In this document: positions 42,851 through 54,999 of the stretch, piece after piece | How positions within the stretch are numbered: position 1 is the stretch's first letter | Layout: every line of letters starts with the position of its first letter | DNA from: Balanoglossus misakiensis | Taxonomy: Eukaryota; Animalia; Hemichordata | Length of the DNA: 64,000 bases | Direction: 5' to 3' | Assembly: GCA_040954595.2 (NCBI GenBank) | Contig: CM082590.2 | Coordinates: forward strand, 8,370,001 to 8,434,000 | Notes under the pieces: model-generated | Told to the model about the DNA's origin: nothing | Database searches by the model: none | The model's input: only the letters and a program-made list of their open reading frames with translations | Position numbers and translations under genes: made by a program

Positions 42851-45800
42851 ATGAACTTTCTTCTATTAGCTGCCCTCGTTACTGCAGCCAGTGCTGCCAA
42901 GTTGGCACCAGTTGTCAAGGTGAAGGATCATGTACCTAACAGCTACTTGGTGAAACTAAAGGTTGGAAATTATTACTATTATTATAATTTATTATTATAC
43001 TTATTTAAGGGTTGTTGACTTGTCAGACGATACACATAAATGCAAAGATTGTATTAGCTGTAAGCAGAAGTTGATTTCATTTATTGTAGGATAGGACTAA
43101 AGTTAACGAGTTCGCAAAGAATCTTCCAAGCTCTATTGTAGTGAAGAGAGTCTACAATCATGTGTTCTTTGGAGTCGCCATTGATGCCCACGACGCAGAC
43201 CTAACCCAGGTAAGAACTCATCAGTTTAGATAATATGTTGTCACTTAAAGGTATACGGTCACCTCTGGAAAGTTAGCTATAGTTACCATGGCAAATTGAG
43301 ATCTAGCCAATCACATATTTTCAGTGGGTGGCACATGCGAAAAAAGAGTATATTTTAAACTGATTGTTTAACCCATTTTGAGAGAGAGAGAGGGGGAAGA
43401 GATTTGGGTGAAACTATGGTAGACAAATTGTTAATGTAATGTAGCATTGCTGATACATGTTATAGCCACCACAGGAACTGAATATTTCACAACAACAATT
43501 ATTTATATTGATTACAGCTAATAAAAGTTCTTATCTATTTAAAGTTACAAACCAACGACCTGATTGAGTATATCGAGCAAGATTCCGTGGTGAGGGCAGC
43601 TTGCGAGTGGGGTGTTGATCGTATCAATCAGAGGACAACTGCCGGAGATGGAAACTGTAATGTTTACGGTAAGCACAGTTATTCATAAGAGCCACCCCCT
43701 GAATGTATTGGTTCATACGCCCTCAGGCGGTGAAACATTCATATGCAGATGTTTACTGTAAAACACTTTATTTTCGCGAGCAATAAATTTACGCGAAATA
43801 CGCGAGAGCCAAAATAGTGTGAAAATAAAAAGTTGCGTAATTTTTTTTTGGAGATAACGATGCAGTGAATGAAATAGGAGAATGCGAAAATTAATACTTG
43901 CGAAACAGTGGCCTCTCTCGATATTGCGAAAATTTTGACTCGCGAAAATAAAGTGTTTTACAGTATGTTGAGCCTTTGACCCCCGAATGCTTTACTAATT
44001 GTAGCAAGTGTCACACACATATACATATGATCGATTTACCACCTGGGGATGTAGAGAGGTCACAGTCGGGGGGCAGTTTAGTCCAGCTGAGCTTTTCGTG
44101 TATGCTAGCTCAGACTTCAGTTATTCATCAAAAACGTTTTTGCAAATATACAATCGATGGAATTACCACCAATGGTAGGACCTTTACGCTAGTATTAAGA
44201 CTACTTAACTTGTGACTGGTACTGACCCAATAAGTTTTTTTTCTGCAGGTACTGGCGCTAAGAGTAATATCTATATTGCTGATACTGGTATCCACTATTG
44301 TCATGAGGTGTTTGGGGGCCGGGCCAAATTTTTCTGGGATTATGACAGTGAAGGTGATGTAAGTATGACTTGGTCAAGAACAGTGGGTTTCAGGTGGTTG
44401 CAAGAATAGTTTGATACAACTCGGACATCAAGCATGGCCACAACTTCCTAAGGTTGCTACATCAACAACACAAAAATTATAGAAGGCGATGCGCGTGTTT
44501 GCTGTATTTTCGTATCAATTATTATTAATTTATTACCTCATTGATTTTTCACAGGGCTCAGACTGCTATGGTCATGGAACCCAAGTTGCTGGTGTTGCTG
44601 CTGGCATAGCGACTTCAGCAACAATTCAATCTGTCCGTGTCCTCAACTGCTTTGGAGGAGGGCTTACCAGCTTCATTGCTGCCGGTACGCTGCATTTTGT
44701 CTGCAGCTGACATGACAAAGCGTAACATCATCATGTTGACGCAACCGATCCCATAAGATCCCATGATATATATAAATTATAATACACATAATTATACAAA
44801 ATGGGACCTAAAAATAATGCATTATCTCCAAAGTTAGTTAAAACGCGTGCTCATAATGTTGCCCATACTATCAGTCTGCATCTTAGTTTCATCATGATAC
44901 AGAAAGATTAAATCCATTACATGTGTTCATCTTCCCTTCATAGGATTGGATGCTATTGCAGCCAGTGGACCAAGACCAGGTGTTGCTGCTGTATGTCTGA
45001 CTAGAGGTGTCAGCCCTGCTTTAGATCAAGCTGTACGCGATTTGATCGCTGCTGGCGTGCCAACAGCAGTTGCTGCTGGCAACGACAATGCTGACGCTTG
45101 CAACACATCCCCAGCTAGAGTTGCTGAGGTAACTCAGGATTTTTTTATTTAATCATTTATTTACTTATCTTTCTTGTTAATTGATCTATTTATTTATGTG
45201 CAAATATATATTGTTTACCTCTTCATTCAACTAAAGTCTAGTCCTCTAAAGGACTAGTTAAATGTACTTACTGACTTGCCCACTAACTAGACAAATGTGA
45301 ATGCTAAACACGACTTGCCAATGTCCAAAAATTAGAATTTGGAATGACGTAATGGCACAACATCTTTCCATAACATTATTTGATTATGACTGACTTTTCC
45401 CTCATGTTCTGAACAGGCTGACACCGTTGGCTCAACTACAACCACTGATGCCAGATCTAGTTTCTCCAACTACGGTACCTGCGTGGATCTCTTCGCTCCC
45501 GGCTCCAACATCAGAAGTTCCTACAATACTGGCTGCAGTGCCTACTCTACCATGAGCGGTACCTCCATGGCTTGCCCACATGTTGCTGGTAAGACTATCA
45601 CACCACTATTAATTACTACATGTAATTGTTAGAGTGCGCTTTTGAAATCTGTTAGTGCCATGATATGTTTTGTGAAAGACTTCATCTCCTACTCCAAATA
45701 TATGAAGACTATCCTATAGCCTCGATGTGTTGATGACATTTTGTACTAATGACTTTTATGTTTTCTCTTCAAGGTGCTCTTACTGTCCACATGGCAGCTG

Positions 45801-45916
45801 GAAGATGTACCGATGGTGCTAGCTGCAAGAGCTTGCTCGCTAACGAGGCAACCGCTGGAGCCGTCGGCAACCCTGGTGCTGGATCTCCCAACCTCCTCCT
45901 CTACATCGATCCTTAA
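42851..45916 (+). CDS. Secreted S8A proteinase K/aqualysin-like serine protease, copy 1 (divergent, ~364 aa)
   Basis: Exons 42851-42961, 43090-43209, 43545-43668, 44249-44358, 44555-44684, 44944-45128, 45417-45588 and 45774-45916. Contains a signal peptide, an I9-type propeptide (PNSYLVKLK...IEYIEQD), triad motifs IADTG / GHGTQ / [12 protein letters not shown] and oxyanion motif AAGN. Confidence 0.88.
43754..43965. mobile_element. TACTGTAAAAC-type MITE in intron 3 of protease copy 1
   Basis: Long terminal inverted repeat TACTGTAAAACACTTTATTTTCGCGAG / CTCGCGAAAATAAAGTGTTTTACAGTA. Confidence 0.75.
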
Positions 45917-48900
45917 ATGGGTGAATTAATTTCTAGGCATCGGAAGAATTATGAAGTGTACACTACATACCATACACACCTGTTCAGAAATTTCAGCCAG
46001 TTGTTCCTACATTCTGTTTTGTAATTTCGAGACATTTAAATAAACTTTCACAAATTGTACACTCAGTACTATGCTGCTCATTATTGTACAATTACACAAA
46101 ATGCCCATTTAACCATATAAGCCTAAGGTCATCTCTTAATAAGATGTGATTGTCTTACTTGATAAAGCAAGCACACGTGAGGTTCTGTGGGATGTATGCA
46201 TGGGCTTGGACCGTTAAACTGTCCAGACAAAACTGTTAGGTATTTACATCAAACTGACTGACAAATACATAAAAGTCATCTTGGCAGAAACCGGCCTAGC
46301 CAGAAAACATTGGTGACTATACATATACACAGGCCTTAACAACGCGCAGGTTTTTCTACCTTCTCACACTCCTGGCACGCTGGGAGTGTGAGAACAGAGT
46401 GTGAGAACAAATTGTTCTCACACTCTCACTGAATCGAAAGCTGTATATGACGCAAGCGCTGATTGGTTGACAAAGCGTTCTTTTGCAAACTCGCGCTAAA
46501 TGTTATCCAATGGCGCGATGTGTACCGGTATTACGGGGACAGAGACTACAACATGCCCAGAAGACAGTGCCAGAGTCATTTATTCAATGTTTTTTTAACG
46601 AATTTGGCTAATTTGTGACCATGTGAGAAAAATAATCTCACACACCAAGGACCTGGGATCATATTTCTCACACTCGTCGGGGATTTTCTGTCCCATCCCA
46701 GGTCCTTGGGAGTGTGAGATTCTATTAGTCTTTGTAGCAAACACCAAATTGATTAAGATGCCACTAGCACTCGACTGTGCAACATGAAGACAAAATATTC
46801 TTGAAGTTCAATTATATGTTTTCCTCACCTGTGTAACCCATGTATTCTTGGCCAACGAAGCTACCAACATGAACTTTGCATCTCTGTAATCTATTTGCGA
46901 CACATAGGTGATAACGTACCGGTAAGCAGTGGTTGCAACCTTAAACAAAAATTCAGATATATATTAATTAAACTACAAATAAAATTACCACACAAACGTT
47001 AATATCAATTTCACAATTTACACATAACAAAAATATACAATACATAGAAATGAATTAATTTCAGTCATTCATTTCGCAGTTTGTACGTTCTATGATGGTC
47101 ATTAATGAAATTCTAATATTTCGCAAAAAGTTTAATTTCCACAAGTATATATTTATATATGGGGTTAATCCTGGATACATTTGGGGTAGAATATTAGCCA
47201 TACAATACAGCATAACCCTTTCACCCCCAGTTCTGTCTGTAGAGGTCCAACTTTACCATATAAAACTATGGATTTGGACCGAACCATGGTGGTGGAAGGG
47301 TTAAGTGATGAAGTGGGACAAATTCTGAAGAATTGAGGCAATGGAAAAACATAAAAAAATTCAGAGCACATTCAGCAAGTTTGACTAGGCTCGTCAGATC
47401 AAGAACAACACCACTTAGAAAATCCCTTCACAATTAACAGAGGAAAAAATCAATTCGTAATTTTAACCGATTGCGATGCATAGAGTTGCCAACGCTGTCT
47501 GCACACGATACAGACTGAACACAAAATACGATGTCGGGTCGAAGGCAGTCGTTTGACCATGCGCAGTAACGCCGGACGGAGACACAATCAGAATTAGATA
47601 ACTTCACAAATGAACGACTATATGAGTTTGCGAACATCTGTTTTGATAAACGGACCAATTAGCTCCAATCTGCATGATGAGTTTTCCGCACGCATAATAT
47701 CGTAAGTTAATTATGTACCTGTGGGTAGATAACATCTCGAGGTACGGTAGATTTCAAAATAAAACAGGTCAAATTTTACACATTCGAAATTTAAACCAGT
47801 TGTATATATGAATATATAGCGATTAAAAAAAGCGTATTTATCCACTACAAGGTGTATCGACCATTCATGTTGTTTTTTCCATGTTTTCCAATTTTTTAAT
47901 TTTTATTTCAAAGCAATGGGCAGCATGTTTACAGCTCAGAATGAACCACAGAAACAGAAATCTGCTACGGTCTGAAATGACACATATTAAAGAACAACAG
48001 AATAATTTCTTGGCTAGCTTGTAGCTTTTATACAAACGTACTATGTTCATTACTGAGTAAAAATCATGAGTTTTCAGCGGATTTTTGGGGGGGGAATGTT
48101 TTGTGGAGTGGGCCTACATGTCGAATGCGCTCTCACCGATATCTGCTGGACATCCGGTATTGATAAAGAACGACAAATCTTAGCACGATCGTGTTGATGG
48201 GAATACGTAAACGATATGTAATGCATATCAAGCAGTTACAGGTTGAACAAACACATGCAATATCATGAGAGCGCAATCTCCTTGATAAATTACATGTTAT
48301 TCGTTCTGCAGATGAGAATCTCATCACCCAGTATCTCATCATCCATGAGGAGTGAACTCTATTCACGATATCTCTCTGTCTGTCTACCTGTTTGTCACAC
48401 TGTCTGCTTGTATATATCTTAATGTGTGTCTACCTGTCTGTCTGCCTATCTGGCTGTTGTCTACCTGTCTATCTGTCTGTCTGTATGTCTGAATGTATGT
48501 GTCTGTCTGTCTGTCTGTCTGTCTCTGAATTTGCATCAATTATATCTTCCATCTTTAGGTACATGTACATGTATATCCATAGTCTGATGAAGTTTTGAAC
48601 TCTCACACTTAACTGACTTAATAATTGCTATCAGCTACTTAAATAAAGTACAAATTAAACCTATAAATGCTATGTGGTATTTAGAAATTGTGCAGAAATA
48701 AACTTTTTTTACATTCCCAGTAAGTATTTAGCAGATATGAGAACTGCATAGTAATAGATGCACCAAAAACACTTACAAATTTAATGCATATGAAAAAATT
48801 ACGACAACTGTAAAAACTGATGATTCACACGAAACGTTATCAACCATTTCATTATATCCGGTAATATCATATCATCGTGTGAGAGAGACCCATTTATCAG

Positions 48901-48978
48901 AACCACACCATGCAATATTCACATAATATTTCACTGACAACGTTGTCTATCTGCGACTGATAACGAGCCCGGCGTGGA

Positions 48979-49032
48979 CATATAAGGACGCTTTCAACGC
49001 TACATTCGTCACTTCGATCTTACTGAAGCCAG
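48979..49032 (+). promoter_or_regulatory. TATA box and short non-coding first exon of protease copy 2
   Basis: CATATAAGGA at ~48979, followed ~50 nt later by the donor AG|GTGAGT; an acceptor lies just upstream of the ATG at 49368. Confidence 0.55.
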
Positions 49033-49367
49033 GTGAGTACTCAGTTTACTAAGAATTTCATTTTATTTCAGGGCAGCATGACTTGACGTTCCAGCTGTGG
49101 GATAGACCATTTTCCAAAATCCGCGAGATCTGGCGAGGCTGGGCAGTTCATATAGGAGGCCACTCTCATGTGAAACAGGCCAAAAATTTACAGCACCTAC
49201 CCAAGTTTTTACACTAACTAATCCTGACTTGTATTATTTGACTAGTACCCGTACTAGTAACCAAGTTTTAATAGAGTGGAAACCATCTTGACAACAGTTG
49301 TCACGTGACTTCGCTGACATGTCTAACTAACGTTCAAACTTTTGTCTCTCCTAGCAAACCGTTCAAG

Positions 49368-51844
49368 ATGCGTATCTTCCTCCTCGCTCTCTTCGTAGCT
49401 GCAGCAAATGCTGTCAATCTGGCCCCAATCCTGAAGGCCAGGGATGCTGTACCCAACAGCTACTTGGTCAAACTCAAGGTAATTCACCTAACACTCCCAA
49501 ACATTGATCATGAATATTTTGTTTAGACAATACATGAAATGGTATGTCGACGTGGTCAAGAACATTTACCAAGTAAATTTGGAACATCAAACGCCATATT
49601 TTATGACTATTTATTTATTTTCTGTTTTGTCACAGGATGGAGTCAATGCCAACGCCTTTGCTAAGAGCCTCTCTAAGAGTATCCCAGTGAAGAGAATCTA
49701 CGACAATGTTTTCGGTGGAGTCGCTATTGATGCCCAACAAGCCCAGCTTGCCCAGGTGAGAATACAACTTTTTCGGGTCGACAATTTTCGATATCACTCG
49801 CAACTGATTGATGTAATGACTTCGTAGTCGCTAAATTTGCATTAGATACTTTCGTCGACATCGCCTCAGTTTGCCTGCATATGACTATTCGACAGCATAT
49901 CACCTGCATAATCAAATCAACTACAATTTTCTTGACTTTTTCAGCTTCAAGCCTTGGATCTGGTCGAGTATATTGAAGAGGACTCCGTGATGAGAGCCGC
50001 TTGCGAGTGGGGTGTTGATCGTGTCAACCAGAGAACAACTGCCGGTGATGGCAACTGTAATGTTTACGGTAAGGACTGTCCAACTATTTTTGGACTTCAC
50101 ATCATTAATTGAGACCAAGAAGTGATATGTTTCGAAAATAGTAAGCGAATCCTGCCCACACGTGACACCTGCCATATATCAAATCAAATAAGAAAGTAGT
50201 CACCCTCTGATAATATTTTATGGCAGATCTCTTAATATTAAATATCAGTGCCTTTTGGGCATTATACCAGTATTGATAGATTGACTTATTTCATTCATGT
50301 TTTGAATGATTTTTGAAAACGTGGGCTTGTATATATATATTTCCCAATAATCACATATTCTTGCGATATCGCCATTTATAAGATTTTTTCTCAACTTTTC
50401 TTTGAAGGCACCGGTGCTGGAGCCCATGTCTACATTGCTGACACTGGACTCTATTACTGCCACCAAGAGTTTGGCGGTCGTGCTGTCTTCTTCTGGGATT
50501 TCGACTCTACTGGTGATGTGAGTATGGCGCTGAATTCTACATTTCTCAATAGACGTGGTGCATTTTGCTGCCATTTTCCAATAATAATGAGGTTTTGTTT
50601 GAGAGGGTTGAAGCTGTGGTTCGACCAAAGAGGATAGCGTAGCCCCAAACTCAGATCTTTACATGGCTTGGTAAATGTGTTTCCGAGGACCAATACACGC
50701 GATATTCTTCATTTTGTCTGTCAATAATGTACCTGGATATATCTTCTTTTACCAATTCTTCAGGGTACTGATTGCCATGGTCACGGAACTCATTGTGGTG
50801 GTACAGCTGGTGGCGCAACGACTGGTATTGCTACATCAGCCACCATTCAAGCTGTCCGTGTTCTCAACTGCCAAGGAGCAGGTCTTACCAACAACATCGT
50901 CGCTGGTAAGCTCACTTTACTATCATATCATGTATTGCTTTGAATCACACATTCAAATACATGTACTGACCTTCATATATTTCTACATAAAACGTCAGGA
51001 TTTGACTTAATTTGGCTTCAATCTTCCCTTCATAGGATTGGATGCTATTGCAGCCAGTGGACCAAGACCAGGTGTTTGCTCAATGTCTCTGGGTGGTGGT
51101 GTCAGCCCTGGTTTGGATCAAGGTGTCCGCGATCTGATCGCTGCTGGCGTGCCAACAGCAGTTGCTGCTGGCAACGACAATGCTGATGCTTGCAACACAT
51201 CCCCAGCTAGAGTTGCTGAGGTACGTTCTTTGATTTCTATCAGTGGAAATGCGTGTGCTTTGGAAAGAAGTTGTGTTCAAACAATTACAAATAGTGTGAT
51301 TATTTGACTGACTTTTCCCTCACGTTCTGAACAGGCTGACACCGTTGGCTCAACTACAGCCACTGATGCCAGATCTAGTTTCTCCAACTACGGTACCTGC
51401 GTGGATCTCTTCGCTCCCGGCTCCAACATCAGAAGTTCCTACAATACTGGCTGCAGTGCCTACTCTACCATGAGCGGTACCTCCATGGCTTGCCCACATG
51501 TTGCTGGTAAGACTATCACACCACTATTAATTACTACATGTAATTGTATTATTAGAGTGCGCTTTTGAAATCTGTTAGTGCCATGTTTCTTGAAAGACTT
51601 CATCTCCTGCTCGAAAAATATGGAGACTATCCTATTGGCGTCGATGCAGCAAAGGTGTTGATGACATTTTGTACTAATGACTTTTATGTTTTCCCTTCAA
51701 GGTGCTCTTACTGTCCACATGGCATCTGGTAGATGTACCGATGGTGCTAGCTGCAAGACCTTGCTCGCTAACGAGGCAACCGCTGGAGCCATCAGCAACC
51801 CTGGTGCTGGATCTCCCAACCTTCTCCTCTACATCGATCCTTAA
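49368..51844 (+). CDS. Secreted S8A proteinase K/aqualysin-like serine protease, copy 2 (~368 aa)
   Basis: Exons 49368-49478, 49636-49755, 49945-50068, 50408-50517, 50764-50905, 51036-51220, 51335-51506 and 51702-51844. Motifs [25 protein letters not shown] and [11 protein letters not shown]. Confidence 0.92.
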
Positions 51845-53902
51845 ACGAGGTAAGTTGTCACTGACGTACCTGGTACCTTATACTGATGCAAATTCTAAGT
51901 TTTGTTATTTTAAGCCTTTCACCCCCATTTCCCTCTCTAGAGGTCCAACTTCACCATAGAAAACAATGAAATTGGACCAAACCATAGTGGTGAAAGGGAT
52001 GCTTTCTTGTCTTTTTTAATCTGGCCGTAAATATGAGACTTGGTTCTGAACAATTCAGTGATGCAGAACTGCATGTTTGCAAAGGCAGAAAAAAAAATGA
52101 TTTTGATCTCTCCAACTTCGTCAAAAAAAAGATCAGTAACAATACTTTTCCCTTTCATTGTCATACTGCAAAGACTTCTATCAAATCACGGAAAAATTTG
52201 TATAAACATTGAAAGATTTGGAAGACTATGATATTTTTCTTTTGAAAATTATCTCCAAGGTACATGCTACCTTAAGATGGCCCCTCTTCTCTGAAATTAA
52301 GATTTCTAAAATTATGTTGTTGCTCACTATATTTATGTTCTTTTACAGACATTGGAAAACTGGACACATCTCTGCAAAACATACGTAGTTCAAGTTTGCA
52401 TTTCTTGAAAATCAATTGTGTTCGTCTTTTGGTCTGTTTCCATAATTTGGAGAAGATGAAATAAACTTTTAAAATGATATTACGTGTTTGTTTGTTTGTT
52501 TTTTAAAGGGACAAAGTCTCTCTCTCACTGCCCTTTTTCCATTAATTATGTTTGATACAAAACACCGTTTTGGTTATTCTACATGTGGATATATTGTGAA
52601 TCAACGGTCGACCACACACAACTTCCATCCTGCTTGTAGGATATGAGAGTAAAAATCTCACCAAAATGAATATATGGCAGAGAACAATTATTCATTTTGG
52701 CGAGTTTTTTCACTCGTACTTATTTAACCCTTCCAATGCCATAGTCAGTCTGTACAAAAAAGACAATGTCTTGAAATTTTGAGAGAGAGAAAACTTACCT
52801 ATACAAACATGGTGAAACCTTGCCTGGGGTTTAAGGATGTCCATGTCATGCAGGATACACAAAATTCCATCTTTGTTTAGCTCCCTCGTTCAGTTTCAAG
52901 ATGCACGCAAACGACAACGGAAAATTTGTTGCTGATACTGTTCTATTGTTAATGTTAATTGTTGTTCTCTGCTATGCATGATAGTGATGTAGAAGCACCA
53001 ACTAATTCAATACTTGAATAGGCATCCAGACATATTCTTGATTGATGGGGCATATCTCCTAGTAGTGTACAGTGAACTTCAGCTTACATACCAACACCGT
53101 AAGATCTGATAAAAGTAAATATGAACAAAGCTTCAGTACCACTAGCAGTATACCTTAGGGGAGGGTCATTTGATTTCTGGTGGGGTGGATGAAGGATTTT
53201 TGGACTAAAATTTGTTGGTAGATGTTGCAGGGGAGGGGGCTGTTCCTATGCAGAGGGGGGGGGGGGGGGTGTTCCTAAAATGCCTTCAGAGATAAGGTGG
53301 AGACAGTGCCTGGAACAAGAATGCTCGACATACCCAAATCACCCCCCCCCCCCGAAATCAAGTGATTGTCCCCTAAGGTTAAACTTGCAGTTCATATGAC
53401 TGTTCACAATGTCTATTCCGACATTGGTGGATCCCTAATCACAACAAAAGCAAAATGTATCTTTCCCCAATCCTTATATTATAACACATACACACACACA
53501 CGTGTACACAAGAATACGTCTCTCATATTCATCGATGCACTATACTGGCTAACCACTAAATGCAGATTTTCATGCATATATTCACGAAGTACAAACCATG
53601 CAAATATATTACCTCACTGGCCTAATTAGTCGGTACACTTAGTGAACTTCTCGACTAACTCGTCTTCGCACTTCTTATGTTACAGACAAGTCAAACGAAA
53701 AAGATGGCGGCCGTTGCCTCCTGGGTAAACAGTTGGCAGAAAACAACTACAGGAATGCTACTATGTATTTTACAATCTACCCATAAGAACTAGATTGTAG
53801 TTTATTTGTAAATTAAACATGTAATAATAAAGGTCAAATCTGTGAATCAAAGGAAACTGATCGTGCAGGAGTCTGATTTGTTTGTTTGACACTAGTGGGC
53901 GC

Positions 53903-54107
53903 GGATCTGGTTCTCTTAGTGGACACGACTATACCCCATGGCAACGATACCATGGCAATGAGGGTGAGTTAGGGTTAGGGTTAGGAGGGTTAGGGGTGGC
54001 AATGTGAGGGTGAATTTAACCCTAACCCTAACCCTCCTAACCCTAACCCTAAAAAACCATATTATCGCCCGTGGAGTATAGTCGTGTCCACTAAGAGAAC
54101 CAGATCC
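53903..54107. mobile_element. 205-bp MITE with 8-bp TSD and internal inverted telomeric repeats
   Basis: TIR GGATCTGGTTCTCTTAGTGGACACGACTATAC. TSD GTGGGCGC at 53895-53902 and 54108-54115. Internal TTAGGG units face CCCTAA units. Confidence 0.8.
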
Positions 54108-54999
54108 GTGGGCGCGATGGGTCCATTTCTTGTACATTTCCGAGTCGATCGATCTCCCGGTGACGTGCTGCATCTAGTCTGCGTCCGTTCAAGTTAGGAG
54201 AAAGCGCGGACGCCATGTTGCGGTACACACGGTGAAAATGTATACCCATGTGATTGGCGTAAACCCAAAATCACGGACGAGACGGCTGTGTTTCTACTGT
54301 TTGTTCATCGATCATAACCGATCACGAAACAGGTAAGACCAATATGGCAGCCCACACACCTTGAACCTCAACTACGCCTGCGCAAAGTGCGCCACGAGCG
54401 GCGACTCTCAACCGGCCGTTTGTTTGCCTACTGTCACATATGAACTGCCAAGCCACGCGAGATCTCGTGGAGTTCAGAAAATATTCGTGTACAGTTTGTA
54501 CATGTATTTGTGAAGAATCCCTTTTTCCCATTTGACGTGATTGCGTGTTATCAAACAATACACAAATGCACATAATATCATTTTGTAAATTTTATTTCAT
54601 CGCCTGCAAATTGTTAAACATAGACCATTAAGACGAAAATAATAACTTTCAAGAGCTGTTAACTTGAAGTCGGCGGCCTAATCCTTGCATTTTGCAGAGA
54701 TGTGTCCAATATTCCAATGTCTGTGAAAAAAACATAAACATAGTAAGAAGAAGCATATACATTTCCATTAATACCATTTTTCAATACTTCGTGTCTTAAA
54801 ATTTTTCAAGAGTACAATAGGCCGGAGGTATGTGCCTTGACAATCAGAGCAACTGCATTCTGGGTAAAAGGTCGAAAACTCACTGTAGTAAGACCTGTCT
54901 ATAAAGGCCACCTGTCTATAGAAGCCAGGAAAGCCCCTTGACTGGCTACTGTAGACAGGTTGGGCAGTATTGATGTACGTCAGTGACAACTTACCTCGT

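Noticed and set aside
53960-54055. Ancestral telomere-telomere fusion site
   Set aside because: The repeats are enclosed by TIRs and an 8-bp TSD, so they are part of an inserted element.
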